Shown here in pieces: positions 25,036 through 33,210 of a DNA stretch of 37,834 nt. The position numbers and the translations under genes are program-made. The stretch's first letter is position 1; the number at the start of each line of letters is the position of its first letter. Source of the DNA: an uncultured Selenomonadaceae bacterium (lineage in GTDB: Bacteria; Bacillota; Negativicutes; Selenomonadales; Selenomonadaceae); contig CAJOOE010000132.1 of the NCBI GenBank assembly GCA_905236145.1, forward strand, positions 1 through 37,834, given 5' to 3'. Below the pieces are notes generated by a model. That model saw nothing but the letters and a program-made list of their open reading frames with translations. It was not told where the DNA came from and ran no database searches.

Positions 25036-25266
25036 ATGCGTAGAGAAAGAGGCAGACGTCCGCGTAAAAAGGTTTGTGCCTTCTGCGTGGACAAAGTTGA
25101 CTACATAGACTACAAAGACGTTGCACGCCTTCGTCGCTTTACCACAGAACGCGGGAAAATTCTTCCGCGTCGCATTTCCGGTAATTGTGCCAAGCATCAG
25201 CGTCAAGTAACCGTTGCAATCAAACGTGCACGCAACATAGCACTTTTGCCGTTCACGGCGGAATAA
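25036..25266 (+). CDS. rpsR: 30S ribosomal protein S18
   Basis: [48 protein letters not shown] 25036 lies 7 nt after GGAGG. The ORF-track TTG at 25030 is too close to the RBS. Confidence 0.95.
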   Translation: MRRERGRRPRKKVCAFCVDKVDYIDYKDVARLRRFTTERGKILPRRISGNCAKHQRQVTVAIKRARNIALLPFTAE

Positions 25267-25292
25267 ATATTTTGTAACGAAAAATTTTTTGC

Positions 25293-25322
25293 AGAGTGTC
25301 CGGGCGACACTCTTTTTTTTTC
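25293..25322 (+). terminator. Intrinsic terminator after rpsR
   Basis: AGAGTGTC-CGGGC-GACACTCT is followed by T8. Confidence 0.8.
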
Positions 25323-25378
25323 GGAAAATCGAAATAACCTTGCCGGTCGAAAAGCTGAAAATAATTTGAAAAAAGTCT

Positions 25379-25407
25379 TTGCAATTTCCTGAAGTGTGTG
25401 TTAAAAT
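25379..25407 (+). promoter_or_regulatory. Sigma70-type promoter candidate for sepF
   Basis: TTGCAA, a 17-nt spacer, then TAAAAT, with TGT immediately upstream (extended -10). Confidence 0.5.
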
Positions 25408-25472
25408 CAGACCACGTTAAAGTGCCACGTTAAGAGCAATTATCGAGTAATTTTTTGGAAGGACGATTCTTT

Positions 25473-26084
25473 ATGGAATGGATTAAGAAAATCACCGACA
25501 TAATTATGCCTTGGCCTGAGGAGGAAGAAGAGGAAATTTCCGAAGTGCAAAAAAAGCCGGAACTTAAAGCGATTGAAACCACGCCCGAACAGCAGGTTCA
25601 AAATTTCGTCGCGGCAGAAACACCGCTCAAGCGTGTGGCGGCAGGCGGCGGTGCAACGGTCGGTTTTGCGGCCGCTCCGGTTGTCGGGAATGTCGGTATC
25701 CCGGAAAGTATGCCGGTTTCTTCAAATGAAAATGTGAGTTTCGGCGGCGGTCATATCGGTGAAAGTTCCCGCCCGAATTTGAGCGTACTGAAAACTCCGG
25801 AATTGACCGTAAACATTTACACGCCGAGAGATTTCAACCAAGTTGCCGGAATTGCGGACGACCTTCTTTCAAAGAGGGCGGCGGTTGTAAATTTTGAATA
25901 TGTCAAAGGCGAGGAACAGCAGAGAATTTGCGATTTTGTCAACGGCGTTTGCTATGTTATCGACGGCTCCGCAGATTTGATTTCCGAAAAAATTATTTTG
26001 TACGTTCCGGACGGCGTGGACGCTCAGGACATTGTAAAATCGGTTTCTTCGGACGCACCGGCATTTTTGAAAAGGAATTTTTGA
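25473..26084 (+). CDS. sepF: Cell division protein SepF
   Basis: It has an N-terminal amphipathic MEWIKKITDIIMPW and a long low-complexity linker. The C-terminal domain is IYTPRDFNQVAGIADDLLSKRAAVVNFEYV...QRICDFVNGVCYVIDG. ATG 25473 lies 9 nt after GGAAGGA. Confidence 0.85.
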   Translation: MEWIKKITDIIMPWPEEEEEEISEVQKKPELKAIETTPEQQVQNFVAAETPLKRVAAGGGATVGFAAAPVVGNVGIPESMPVSSNENVSFGGGHIGESSRPNLSVLKTPELTVNIYTPRDFNQVAGIADDLLSKRAAVVNFEYVKGEEQQRICDFVNGVCYVIDGSADLISEKIILYVPDGVDAQDIVKSVSSDAPAFLKRNF

Positions 26085-26106
26085 AAGAGTGACGTAAAGA
26101 AATAAT

Positions 26107-26451
26107 TTGAACGAAAAAAAACTTCAAGGTCGAAGAAAAGCGATTTTGAAGATTTTTTTTGCGGAAAGGCAGGTAAATTTTTTGAAATTTAAATGCGACG
26201 AATGTGGCTTGTGTTGCCGGCACATAGACAGATCTTCGCTTTTGAAAGATTTTGATTCCGGCGACGGCGTTTGTAAATTTTTGAACACCGAAACAAATCT
26301 TTGCAAAATTTACAAAGATCGTCCGGATTTTTGTAATGTGGAAGTCGGCTACAGAAAATTTTTTTCGGATATTTACACGGAGGAAGAATTTTTTCGGCTC
26401 AATTACAAGGCTTGCGATTTACTGAAAGCGGAATACGATAAAAGAGAATAA
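26107..26451 (+). CDS. YkgJ family cysteine-cluster protein (CxxCxxCC, UPF0153)
   Basis: FKCDECGLCCRH...GVCKFL...LCKIYKDRPDFC matches the family. The start is uncertain: TTG 26107 or, more family-typical, TTG 26182 (LKFKCDEC). Confidence 0.72.
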   Translation: MNEKKLQGRRKAILKIFFAERQVNFLKFKCDECGLCCRHIDRSSLLKDFDSGDGVCKFLNTETNLCKIYKDRPDFCNVEVGYRKFFSDIYTEEEFFRLNYKACDLLKAEYDKRE

Positions 26452-26575
26452 TTTTTAATTCGTTTTGAAAAAATAAACCGGAGCGGCAGGAATTTTTTGA
26501 ATCTTCGACGAATTTCACGAGGAAATTTTTTGTTGAAAGACGTTCGGTCGTCTTTATTCGAAAGGAGACAGTACT

Positions 26576-27820
26576 ATGGCTGAAAAGAAAAATGTTGTCG
26601 CAATAGTCTGCGGCGGAGGTCCGGCTCCCGGTATGAATGCGGTTATCAGCGGCGTTACCTATGCGGCATGCCGTCGCGGCTGGGAAGTTTTGGGAATGTA
26701 CGACGGATTTTCAAAAATCGGTCGCGGCGAAAAAGATTACATTCGTCTTGATCCTTCCGTCATCAAAGGCGTTCACCTTACCGGCGGCTGTATGTTGAAA
26801 ATGTCCCGTTTCAATCCGACCAAAAAAGAGGAAGACCTCCGCAAAGTCGTCGAAACTTTGACGGAACTCGGTGTAACTCATCTTGTGACGATCGGCGGCG
26901 ACGATACGGCTTTCAGCTCCTCGTCGGTTTCCTCCTACGCAAAGAAACTCGGCAGCACCATTAACGTCGTCCATGTTCCGAAAACAATCGACAACGACCT
27001 TCCGCTCCCCGAAGGCATCCCGACTTTCGGATTTGAAACCGCCCGTGCATTCGGTACAACGGAAGTTTGCAACCTTATGGAGGACGCTCACACCACAAAC
27101 AACCGTTGGTATTTCGCGATCGCCATGGGACGCACTGCGGGACATCTCGCACTCGGCATGGGTCGTGCGGCAGGTGCGGAAGTTACCGTCATTCCGGAAG
27201 AATTTTCGCAGGAAAAAATTCGCTTGCAACAGGTTGTCGATATTCTCACCGGCTCCATCGTCAAACGTTATTTGAGCGGTGAAAATTACGGTGTCGCGGT
27301 TGTCGCGGAAGGCGTAATCGAAAAAATTGACGAAAAAGATTTTGCGGAACTCGGCAACGTCGTCCTCGACGAACACGGTCACATTCGCTACAGTGAATTG
27401 GATTTCGGCGACATTCTCAAGCAAAAAGTCCTTGCAGAACTCGAAAAACTCGATATCAAAGTTACGATTGTCGATAAAGAACTCGGCTACGAACTCCGCT
27501 GCACGGCTCCGGTTGCTTACGACGTGGACTATGCACGCAGTCTCGGTTATGAGGCGGTCGAATACCTCGCGGGCGGCGGCTCCGTTGCCATCATCAGTAT
27601 TCAAGGCACAAAAGCCGTTCCGCTTACCTTTGAAGAAATTCGCGATCCCGCAACCGGCAAAACCCGCGTTCGCAGAGTCAATATCGACACCGTTCAATAC
27701 GATATCGCATGCGGCTTGATGACTCGCCTTGAAAAAGCGGATCTCGACAATGCGGAAATTGCAAAAGCATTCAAGATGTCTCCGGAAGATTTCAAAAAAC
27801 GTTACGAATATCTCTTCTGA
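26576..27820 (+). CDS. pfp: 6-phosphofructokinase, predicted pyrophosphate-dependent type
   Basis: It has CGGGPAPGMNAV, GGDDT and PKTIDND (Asp/Lys discriminator residues), plus MGRTAGHLAL. AAAGGAG RBS. Confidence 0.88.
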   Translation: MAEKKNVVAIVCGGGPAPGMNAVISGVTYAACRRGWEVLGMYDGFSKIGRGEKDYIRLDPSVIKGVHLTGGCMLKMSRFNPTKKEEDLRKVVETLTELGVTHLVTIGGDDTAFSSSSVSSYAKKLGSTINVVHVPKTIDNDLPLPEGIPTFGFETARAFGTTEVCNLMEDAHTTNNRWYFAIAMGRTAGHLALGMGRAAGAEVTVIPEEFSQEKIRLQQVVDILTGSIVKRYLSGENYGVAVVAEGVIEKIDEKDFAELGNVVLDEHGHIRYSELDFGDILKQKVLAELEKLDIKVTIVDKELGYELRCTAPVAYDVDYARSLGYEAVEYLAGGGSVAIISIQGTKAVPLTFEEIRDPATGKTRVRRVNIDTVQYDIACGLMTRLEKADLDNAEIAKAFKMSPEDFKKRYEYLF

Positions 27821-27850
27821 AAAATTTGAAACGAAATAAATATTTTTACG

Positions 27851-27887
27851 GGCGGTTGGAAAAAAAATTTTGCAATCGCCTTTTTTT
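27851..27887 (+). terminator. Intrinsic terminator after pfp
   Basis: The stem GGCGGTTG/CAATCGCC (one G-U pair) has a 14-nt A/T loop and is followed by T7. Confidence 0.72.
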
Positions 27888-27944
27888 CGTCCGCAATATC
27901 AAAAAATTTTTTTTCTCAAATAAAATTTTTCGGATTATTCGGTG

Positions 27945-27972
27945 TTGACAAGTTTTTTTCCCCGTGTAAAAT
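27945..27972 (+). promoter_or_regulatory. Sigma70-type promoter candidate for the flbD-flhA flagellar operon
   Basis: TTGACA (perfect -35), a 16-nt spacer, then TAAAAT. A6T8 and A4T5 tracts lie upstream (UP-like). The predicted 5' UTR is about 120 nt. Confidence 0.5.
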
Positions 27973-28097
27973 TGTTGCGGAAAAAATTTTTCAAGCAGTC
28001 AAGTTAATGACTTTAAAATGAAGGATTTTAAATGTTTGCGGCGAAATTTTCACAAACAGGTTGAGACAATGCAATTCAATCAGGAGGAGGTAAGGTC

Positions 28098-28298
28098 ATG
28101 ATTAAACTCACAAAGTTTAATTCAAAATCCGATAAGAAGGGCGAATTTGTCCTCAATGCCGAAATTATACAGACAATCGAAGAAACGCCGGATACGGTGA
28201 TTACCCTGATAAACGAAAAGACTTTGATTGTCGACGAGCCTATGGAAGAAGTCGTACGCCGCGTGATGAAATATCGCAGAGCGTTAAAACAATTCTGA
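28098..28298 (+). CDS. flbD: Flagellar protein FlbD (SwrD-like)
   Basis: MIKLTKFNSK...FVLNAEIIQTIEETPDTVITLINEKTLIVDEPMEEVVRRV matches the FlbD family pattern. Confidence 0.9.
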   Translation: MIKLTKFNSKSDKKGEFVLNAEIIQTIEETPDTVITLINEKTLIVDEPMEEVVRRVMKYRRALKQF

Positions 28299-28316
28299 GA
28301 TCCGGAGGGATAAATT

Positions 28317-28838
28317 ATGCCTGATGAAGAAAAGGAAGTTGAAGCTGCCCCCGAGCCCAAGAAAAAATCTCCGATAATTTTGATTGCGGTTCTTGTAATT
28401 GTCGGTATCGCAATCGCGGCGGGTATTTCGCTGTTCATCACCACAAAGATGATGGCTGACGCAAATAACGGCGATGAAGGCGGCGAACCGCGTTTTCACG
28501 ATCCCGGTGTCTTTATCAAACTCGGTGACGCGAAAGAAGGCACCATGCTTGTAAATGTCGGCGGTGCAAGGAGCGGTAAATTTTTGAAAATCGGTATGGT
28601 TCTCGAAATGAATCCCGGCAAAAAATCCGTAATGAATGAGGAAACTCATGCACTTCTGCCGGATGCCGAAATCAAAATTCATGACATGGTTACAAGATTT
28701 TTGCGTGAATTGAAGATTGAGGACTTCGATGCCACGAAACAGGACGAAATCAAAAAACAACTGAAAGATACTTTGAATGCCGAACTCGGAAACGGTGCGG
28801 TTTATGACATTTACATAACAAGTTTTCTGTTGCAATGA
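28317..28838 (+). CDS. fliL: Flagellar basal body-associated protein FliL
   Basis: It has a single N-terminal TM helix. It reads ...FLKIGMVLEMN... and has the typical FliL C-terminal ending ...VYDIYITSFLLQ. Confidence 0.88.
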   Translation: MPDEEKEVEAAPEPKKKSPIILIAVLVIVGIAIAAGISLFITTKMMADANNGDEGGEPRFHDPGVFIKLGDAKEGTMLVNVGGARSGKFLKIGMVLEMNPGKKSVMNEETHALLPDAEIKIHDMVTRFLRELKIEDFDATKQDEIKKQLKDTLNAELGNGAVYDIYITSFLLQ

Positions 28839-28883
28839 TTTTCCGGTGTGAAACCTGTCGTTTTGTAAAAAGGGGGGAATGAC

Positions 28884-29891
28884 TTGCCGGGTGATGTACT
28901 GTCTCAAGCCGAGATAGATGCCTTGCTTGCGGGCGTGGTAGGCGGCACGATCGATGCCGATTCCATGAAAGAGGACACGAGCAGCAAGAAGGTAAAAGTT
29001 TACGACTTTAAGCGACCGGATAAATTTTCAAAAGACCAAATCCGAACGCTTTATATGTTGCACGAAAGTTTTGCACGCCTTCTGAACACCTACCTCAGTA
29101 CGCATTTGCGAACGCTGGTCAACGTCGATGTTGCTTCCGTCGAACAGTTGACTTATCAGGAATTTGTTCAGTCAATGGCAAATCCGAGCGTAATAAGTAT
29201 TTTGGGAGTTCCGCCTTTGAAAGGAAACATAATTTTGGAAGTCGGAACCGAGATAGCTTTTGCATTTATAGATCGCGTTTTCGGCGGCGACGGAAATACC
29301 TCGATGAAAACCCGCGTACTCACGGAAATTGAGGATGCGGTAATGCGGCGATTCGTCAATACCGCAATGACTCATTTTAAGGAAGCATGGGCAAATGTTG
29401 CGACGATAAATCCTTTCTTGGAAACCACGGAGTCAAATCCGCAATTTACGCAGATTGTCCCGCCGAGCGACATGGTCGTTATCGTAACTTTGCAAATGAA
29501 AGTCGGCGAAATTGAAGGTATGATGAATATTTGTATTCCCTACCTTGTCTTGGAGCCGATTATGTCGAAATTGACGACAACCTTCTGGGTCGCGTCCTCA
29601 ATAGCAAAGGACGAGGCGGAGGATCAGGTCGCACTCATTCAGTCGAAATTGGAAAAGACAAAAGTGCCTTTCGTCGTCGAAATAGGAACGGTGCAAATTA
29701 CAATCCGCGAATTTTTGACATTGGGTTTCGGCGACGTTCTGCAACTCAATTCAAAAGTAAAAGAAGATTTGCCATGCAGAATAGGCAGAAATGCAAAATT
29801 CTACTGTCGTCCCGGTACGTCCGGCAAAAAGATGGCAGTACAGATAACAAAAGTTGTGCAACCGGAAGGAGATGAAGAAACCGATGAGTGA
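28884..29891 (+). CDS. fliM: Flagellar motor switch protein FliM
   Basis: It has the N-terminal CheY-P docking peptide LSQAEIDALL, a FliM middle domain, and a C-terminal SpoA-like segment. The start is TTG, 6 nt after AAGGGGGG. Confidence 0.95.
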   Translation: MPGDVLSQAEIDALLAGVVGGTIDADSMKEDTSSKKVKVYDFKRPDKFSKDQIRTLYMLHESFARLLNTYLSTHLRTLVNVDVASVEQLTYQEFVQSMANPSVISILGVPPLKGNIILEVGTEIAFAFIDRVFGGDGNTSMKTRVLTEIEDAVMRRFVNTAMTHFKEAWANVATINPFLETTESNPQFTQIVPPSDMVVIVTLQMKVGEIEGMMNICIPYLVLEPIMSKLTTTFWVASSIAKDEAEDQVALIQSKLEKTKVPFVVEIGTVQITIREFLTLGFGDVLQLNSKVKEDLPCRIGRNAKFYCRPGTSGKKMAVQITKVVQPEGDEETDE

Positions 29892-31158
29892 CGAGATGAT
29901 TTCACAGGCCGAAATAGACGCCCTTTTGGCGGGAGCGGCCGGTGGAGATTCCGGCGGAGATTCGTCGGGCGGCGATGCCGCACCACCTTCCGGAGGAGAT
30001 TCCGGCGGCGGCGAGGAACAGGCACTGGACGGTGTCTTGTCGGATATTGAAAAAGATGCTCTCGGCGAAATCGGAAATATTTCAATGGGAAGTGCGGCTA
30101 CAACGCTCTCCACGCTGTTGAGTCATAAAGTTTCGATCACCACGCCTACGGTTTCCGTAGCGACGATGAGCATAATTAAAGAACATTATCCCATGCCTTA
30201 CCTGGTCGTCGAAGTCGGCTATACCATAGGTATCGACGGAAACAATGTTCTTGCAATTCAAGCAACGGATGCGGCAATTATCGCCGATTTGATGATGGGC
30301 GGCGACGGTACAAATCCGGATCAGAATTTGAGCGAAATTCACATGAGTGCGGTCGGCGAGTCCATGAACCAGATGATGGGTGCGGTTGCGACAAGCCTTT
30401 CGACCATGTTCAACAAAAAAATCGATATTTCGCCGCCGATTGTAAATCTTGTCGATTTCGGAAGTGAAGAAAAAATTACCGAAATGGCAAAGAGTACCGA
30501 GCCGATCGTCCGAATTTCTTTCCGAATGGAAGTTGACGGACTTATCGACAGCGAGATCATGCAGATTTTGCCGGTAAACGTGGCAAAGGAAATGGTTGAA
30601 GGTTTGATGGGCGGCGGTATGAGCGAACCCGCTCCGTCACCGGAAACTCCCCCGCCCCCTCAACCTGCGGCAGCTCCCCCTCCCGCACCTGCGGCAGCTC
30701 CGCCTCCTCCAACCCCTCCTCCCGCAGCGGCGGCTCCTCCACCGCAATACGCCGCACCTCCTCCGCAACAACAATATGCGGCTCCGCCTCCGGGTTACGG
30801 TTATTCCGCACCCCCGATGCAGCCGAATGTGGTGACAAATATGCCTGTATCCCCCGCACAATTTATGCCGCTCTCTATGGAGCCGGTACAAATAAACGAT
30901 GCGAATATCGGATTGATTTTGGACGTACCCCTGCAGGTTACGGTAGAACTGGGACGGACGAAGAAATCAATAAAAGAGATTTTGGAACTGTCGAACGGAT
31001 CCATTGTCGAATTGGACAAACTTGCCGGCGAGCCGGTTGAAATTCAAGTCAACGGACATTTCCTGGCAAAAGGCGAGGTCGTCGTAATTGATGAAAATTT
31101 CGGCGTGAGAATTACCGAAATTGCAAGTCCGGCGGAAAGAGCCGCAAGACTTACCTAA
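29884..31158 (+). CDS. fliY: Flagellar motor switch phosphatase FliY (N-terminal CheY-binding peptide, CheC-like domain, Pro-rich linker, FliN/SpoA C-terminal domain)
   Basis: The N-terminus is MSDEMISQAEIDALLAG. Two CheC-type sites are intact: DALGEIGN-x22-P and SAVGESMN-x22-P. The C-terminal FliN domain is LDVPLQVTVELGRT...GEPVEIQVNGHFLAKGEVVVIDENFGVRITEI. ATG 29884 overlaps the fliM stop (ATGAGTGA). Confidence 0.9.
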   Translation: MSDEMISQAEIDALLAGAAGGDSGGDSSGGDAAPPSGGDSGGGEEQALDGVLSDIEKDALGEIGNISMGSAATTLSTLLSHKVSITTPTVSVATMSIIKEHYPMPYLVVEVGYTIGIDGNNVLAIQATDAAIIADLMMGGDGTNPDQNLSEIHMSAVGESMNQMMGAVATSLSTMFNKKIDISPPIVNLVDFGSEEKITEMAKSTEPIVRISFRMEVDGLIDSEIMQILPVNVAKEMVEGLMGGGMSEPAPSPETPPPPQPAAAPPPAPAAAPPPPTPPPAAAAPPPQYAAPPPQQQYAAPPPGYGYSAPPMQPNVVTNMPVSPAQFMPLSMEPVQINDANIGLILDVPLQVTVELGRTKKSIKEILELSNGSIVELDKLAGEPVEIQVNGHFLAKGEVVVIDENFGVRITEIASPAERAARLT

Positions 31159-31174
31159 AAATTTTATTATATTC

Positions 31175-31203
31175 TTGCCGATTGAGAAAATTTGGTTTAT
31201 AAT
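31175..31203 (+). promoter_or_regulatory. Internal sigma70-type promoter candidate upstream of cheY
   Basis: TTGCCG, a 17-nt spacer, then TATAAT (perfect -10), inside the 99-nt fliY-cheY gap. The same bases also read TAAA-N17-GCCGATTG, which is loosely sigma28-like. Confidence 0.5.
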
Positions 31204-31257
31204 TGCAAACAACATTTTAATGTTTGATTAGGAACTTGAGATGAGGAGAGATGAACT

Positions 31258-31620
31258 ATGGCAGTACGAGTTTTGGTCGTCGATGATGCGGCTTTTATGA
31301 GAATGATGGTCAAAGATATTTTGTCCAAAAACGGCTATGAAGTCGTCGGAGAGGCCGAAAACGGTATGAAAGCGGTTGAGAAGTATAACGAACTTCGTCC
31401 GGATTTGACAACGATGGATATAACCATGCCCGAAATGGACGGTATCTCCGCAGTCAAGGCAATTAAAAAAATTGACCCGAATGCAAAAATCGTAATGTGC
31501 AGTGCTATGGGTCAGCAAGCTATGGTTATTGAGGCCATTCAAGCCGGAGCACGCGACTTTATCGTTAAACCGTTCCAAGCGGATCGCGTTCTTGAGGCTG
31601 TTCGCAAGGCCGTCGGTTGA
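31258..31620 (+). CDS. cheY: Chemotaxis response regulator CheY
   Basis: This 120-aa single receiver domain has VLVVDDAAFMR, TMDITMPEMDG, MCSA and FIVKPF. The acidic pocket, the phospho-Asp and the conserved Lys are all present. Confidence 0.93.
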   Translation: MAVRVLVVDDAAFMRMMVKDILSKNGYEVVGEAENGMKAVEKYNELRPDLTTMDITMPEMDGISAVKAIKKIDPNAKIVMCSAMGQQAMVIEAIQAGARDFIVKPFQADRVLEAVRKAVG

Positions 31621-31636
31621 TGACGGTTTTTTGAAG

Positions 31637-32143
31637 ATGGGAAAATTTTTGCCGGCAATTTTGATTTTGTCGGTATGCATATCGGTAAACTTGGAACCGG
31701 AGACCGTAAGAGCTGCGGGCGGGTATTTGGCGGGCTATGAAGAAGTCGAGCCGAAACCTTCCCCGGTTTCATGGTGGTCTGCCTTTGCTTACCTTGTCAG
31801 CTTGTCAGCCGTATTCGCGGTTGTCGTCGTAACGGCTTATTTTGCGGCGAGATTTATCGGCGGGCGGTTTAATGCCCGTATGTCGGCAAGCGGCGGCAGA
31901 GTGCTTGAAAATTTGCCTTTGGGTCCCAATCGCTCTGTCTGTGCCGTTGAAATGGCGGGCAGAGTGTTTTTATTGGGTGTCACCGACAAAAATATCACGC
32001 TTTTGGGCGAAGTGAACGACAGAGAAATGATTGAACATTTGCACACTCAAAGCTTGGAATACTCCGACCCCTTCTCAAAGGATTTCGGCACGCTTTCCGA
32101 TTTGGTGAAAAAAATTCCGCCTTTGTTTCAAAAGAAAGATTAG
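31637..32143 (+). CDS. fliO: Flagellar biosynthesis protein FliO (FliZ)
   Basis: It sits between cheY and fliP and has one TM helix (FAYLVSLSAVFAVVVVTAYFAARF). It also has the conserved ...LENLPLGPNRSVCAVEMAGRVFLLGVTDKNITLL. The start is set at ATG 31637, because the upstream part of the track ORF overlaps cheY. Confidence 0.75.
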   Translation: MGKFLPAILILSVCISVNLEPETVRAAGGYLAGYEEVEPKPSPVSWWSAFAYLVSLSAVFAVVVVTAYFAARFIGGRFNARMSASGGRVLENLPLGPNRSVCAVEMAGRVFLLGVTDKNITLLGEVNDREMIEHLHTQSLEYSDPFSKDFGTLSDLVKKIPPLFQKKD

Positions 32144-32149
32144 TTTAAA

Positions 32150-32908
32150 GTGGATTGGAAAAAATTATTCGGAATTACAAATTTCACATTGGCAACCCTG
32201 TTTGTCCTTGCAAATGTGACCGAGGCGGCTCCGCTCATTCCGAGCGTAAACGTCGATATAGGGACGGCGGAAGGACCGCAGGACGTTTCGTCAACTTTGC
32301 AGGTCATCGCACTTTTGACGATTGTCACAATCGCACCGGGAATTTTGATTATGACGACTTCCTTTGTCCGGATAATCGTCATAATCGGCTTTTTGAGAAA
32401 CGCACTTGCCACTCAAAACGTCCCGCCGAATCAGGTAATTCTTTCGCTTGCAATGTTTTTGACATTTTATATAATGTCGCCTTATTGGAGTCAGGCGAAC
32501 GACAACGGCATACAACCTTACCTTGCCGGACAAATTACGCAGGAAGAGGCGATAACGAATACTTTGGAGCCGATACGCGAATTTATGTTCAAACAGACGC
32601 GGGAATCGGATCTGGCACTTTTTGTAAATTTGTCCGACGCGGAACGCCCGGAAACTCAAGAAGATGTTTCGACTTTCGTCTTGATTCCGGCTTTTATGAT
32701 AAGCGAATTGAAAACCGGATTTCAAATAGGTTTTATGCTTTACGTCCCCTTTATAGTCATTGATATGATCGTCGCAACGACTTTGATGTCAATGGGTATG
32801 ATGATGTTGCCGCCGGTCATGATTTCCCTGCCTTTTAAAATTTTGTTGTTTGTGATGATTGACGGCTGGCATTTGCTTATTCAGTCGATTATCGTGAGTT
32901 TTCGATAG
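32150..32908 (+). CDS. fliP: Flagellar type III export apparatus protein FliP
   Basis: ALLTIVTIAPGILIMTTSFVRIIVIIGFLRNALATQNVPPNQV... and ...GFMLYVPFIVIDMIVATTLMSMGMMMLPP match FliP. The start is GTG. Confidence 0.95.
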   Translation: MDWKKLFGITNFTLATLFVLANVTEAAPLIPSVNVDIGTAEGPQDVSSTLQVIALLTIVTIAPGILIMTTSFVRIIVIIGFLRNALATQNVPPNQVILSLAMFLTFYIMSPYWSQANDNGIQPYLAGQITQEEAITNTLEPIREFMFKQTRESDLALFVNLSDAERPETQEDVSTFVLIPAFMISELKTGFQIGFMLYVPFIVIDMIVATTLMSMGMMMLPPVMISLPFKILLFVMIDGWHLLIQSIIVSFR

Positions 32909-32923
32909 CGGAGGCGGTTTTAA

Positions 32924-33193
32924 ATGTCCGGAGATTTGGTTATACAGATCGGGCAAGAGGCACTGATGATTGTTATAATAGTTGCCGCACCGATGTTGGG
33001 GCTCGGTTTGACGGTCGGTCTTATGGTCAGCGTTTTTCAGGCGACCACTTCAATTCAGGAGCAGACACTTGCATTTATTCCGAAAATTATTGCGGTATTC
33101 GTGGCAATTTTGGTTTTCGGTCCTTGGATGTTGAGAATAATGGTTGAGTTTTTCACCGGAATTTTTGTAAATCTGCCGGCTCGGATAGGTTAG
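32924..33193 (+). CDS. fliQ: Flagellar type III export apparatus protein FliQ
   Basis: This 89-aa protein has two TM helices. VSVFQATTSIQEQTLAFIPKI is the FliQ core motif. GGAGG RBS. Confidence 0.95.
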   Translation: MSGDLVIQIGQEALMIVIIVAAPMLGLGLTVGLMVSVFQATTSIQEQTLAFIPKIIAVFVAILVFGPWMLRIMVEFFTGIFVNLPARIG

Positions 33194-33210
33194 TTGAGAG
33201 GATTTAAACT

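Noticed and set aside
27973-28097. A c-di-GMP or other riboswitch in the 120-nt leader of the flagellar operon.
   Set aside because: Only short AT-rich hairpins are present (AGTCA/TGACT, GTTTG/CAAAC). I saw no GEMM-like conserved segments.
30624-30830. A locally GC-rich, repetitive segment that could suggest a foreign insertion or a repeat array.
   Set aside because: It is in frame within fliY and encodes a Pro/Ala-rich linker between two recognisable domains. The composition follows from CCN/GCN codons.
31502-31636. The upstream part of the 213-aa track ORF that overlaps the cheY 3' end.
   Set aside because: It overlaps cheY in another frame and has no FliO-like sequence. FliO features begin at the ATG at 31637.
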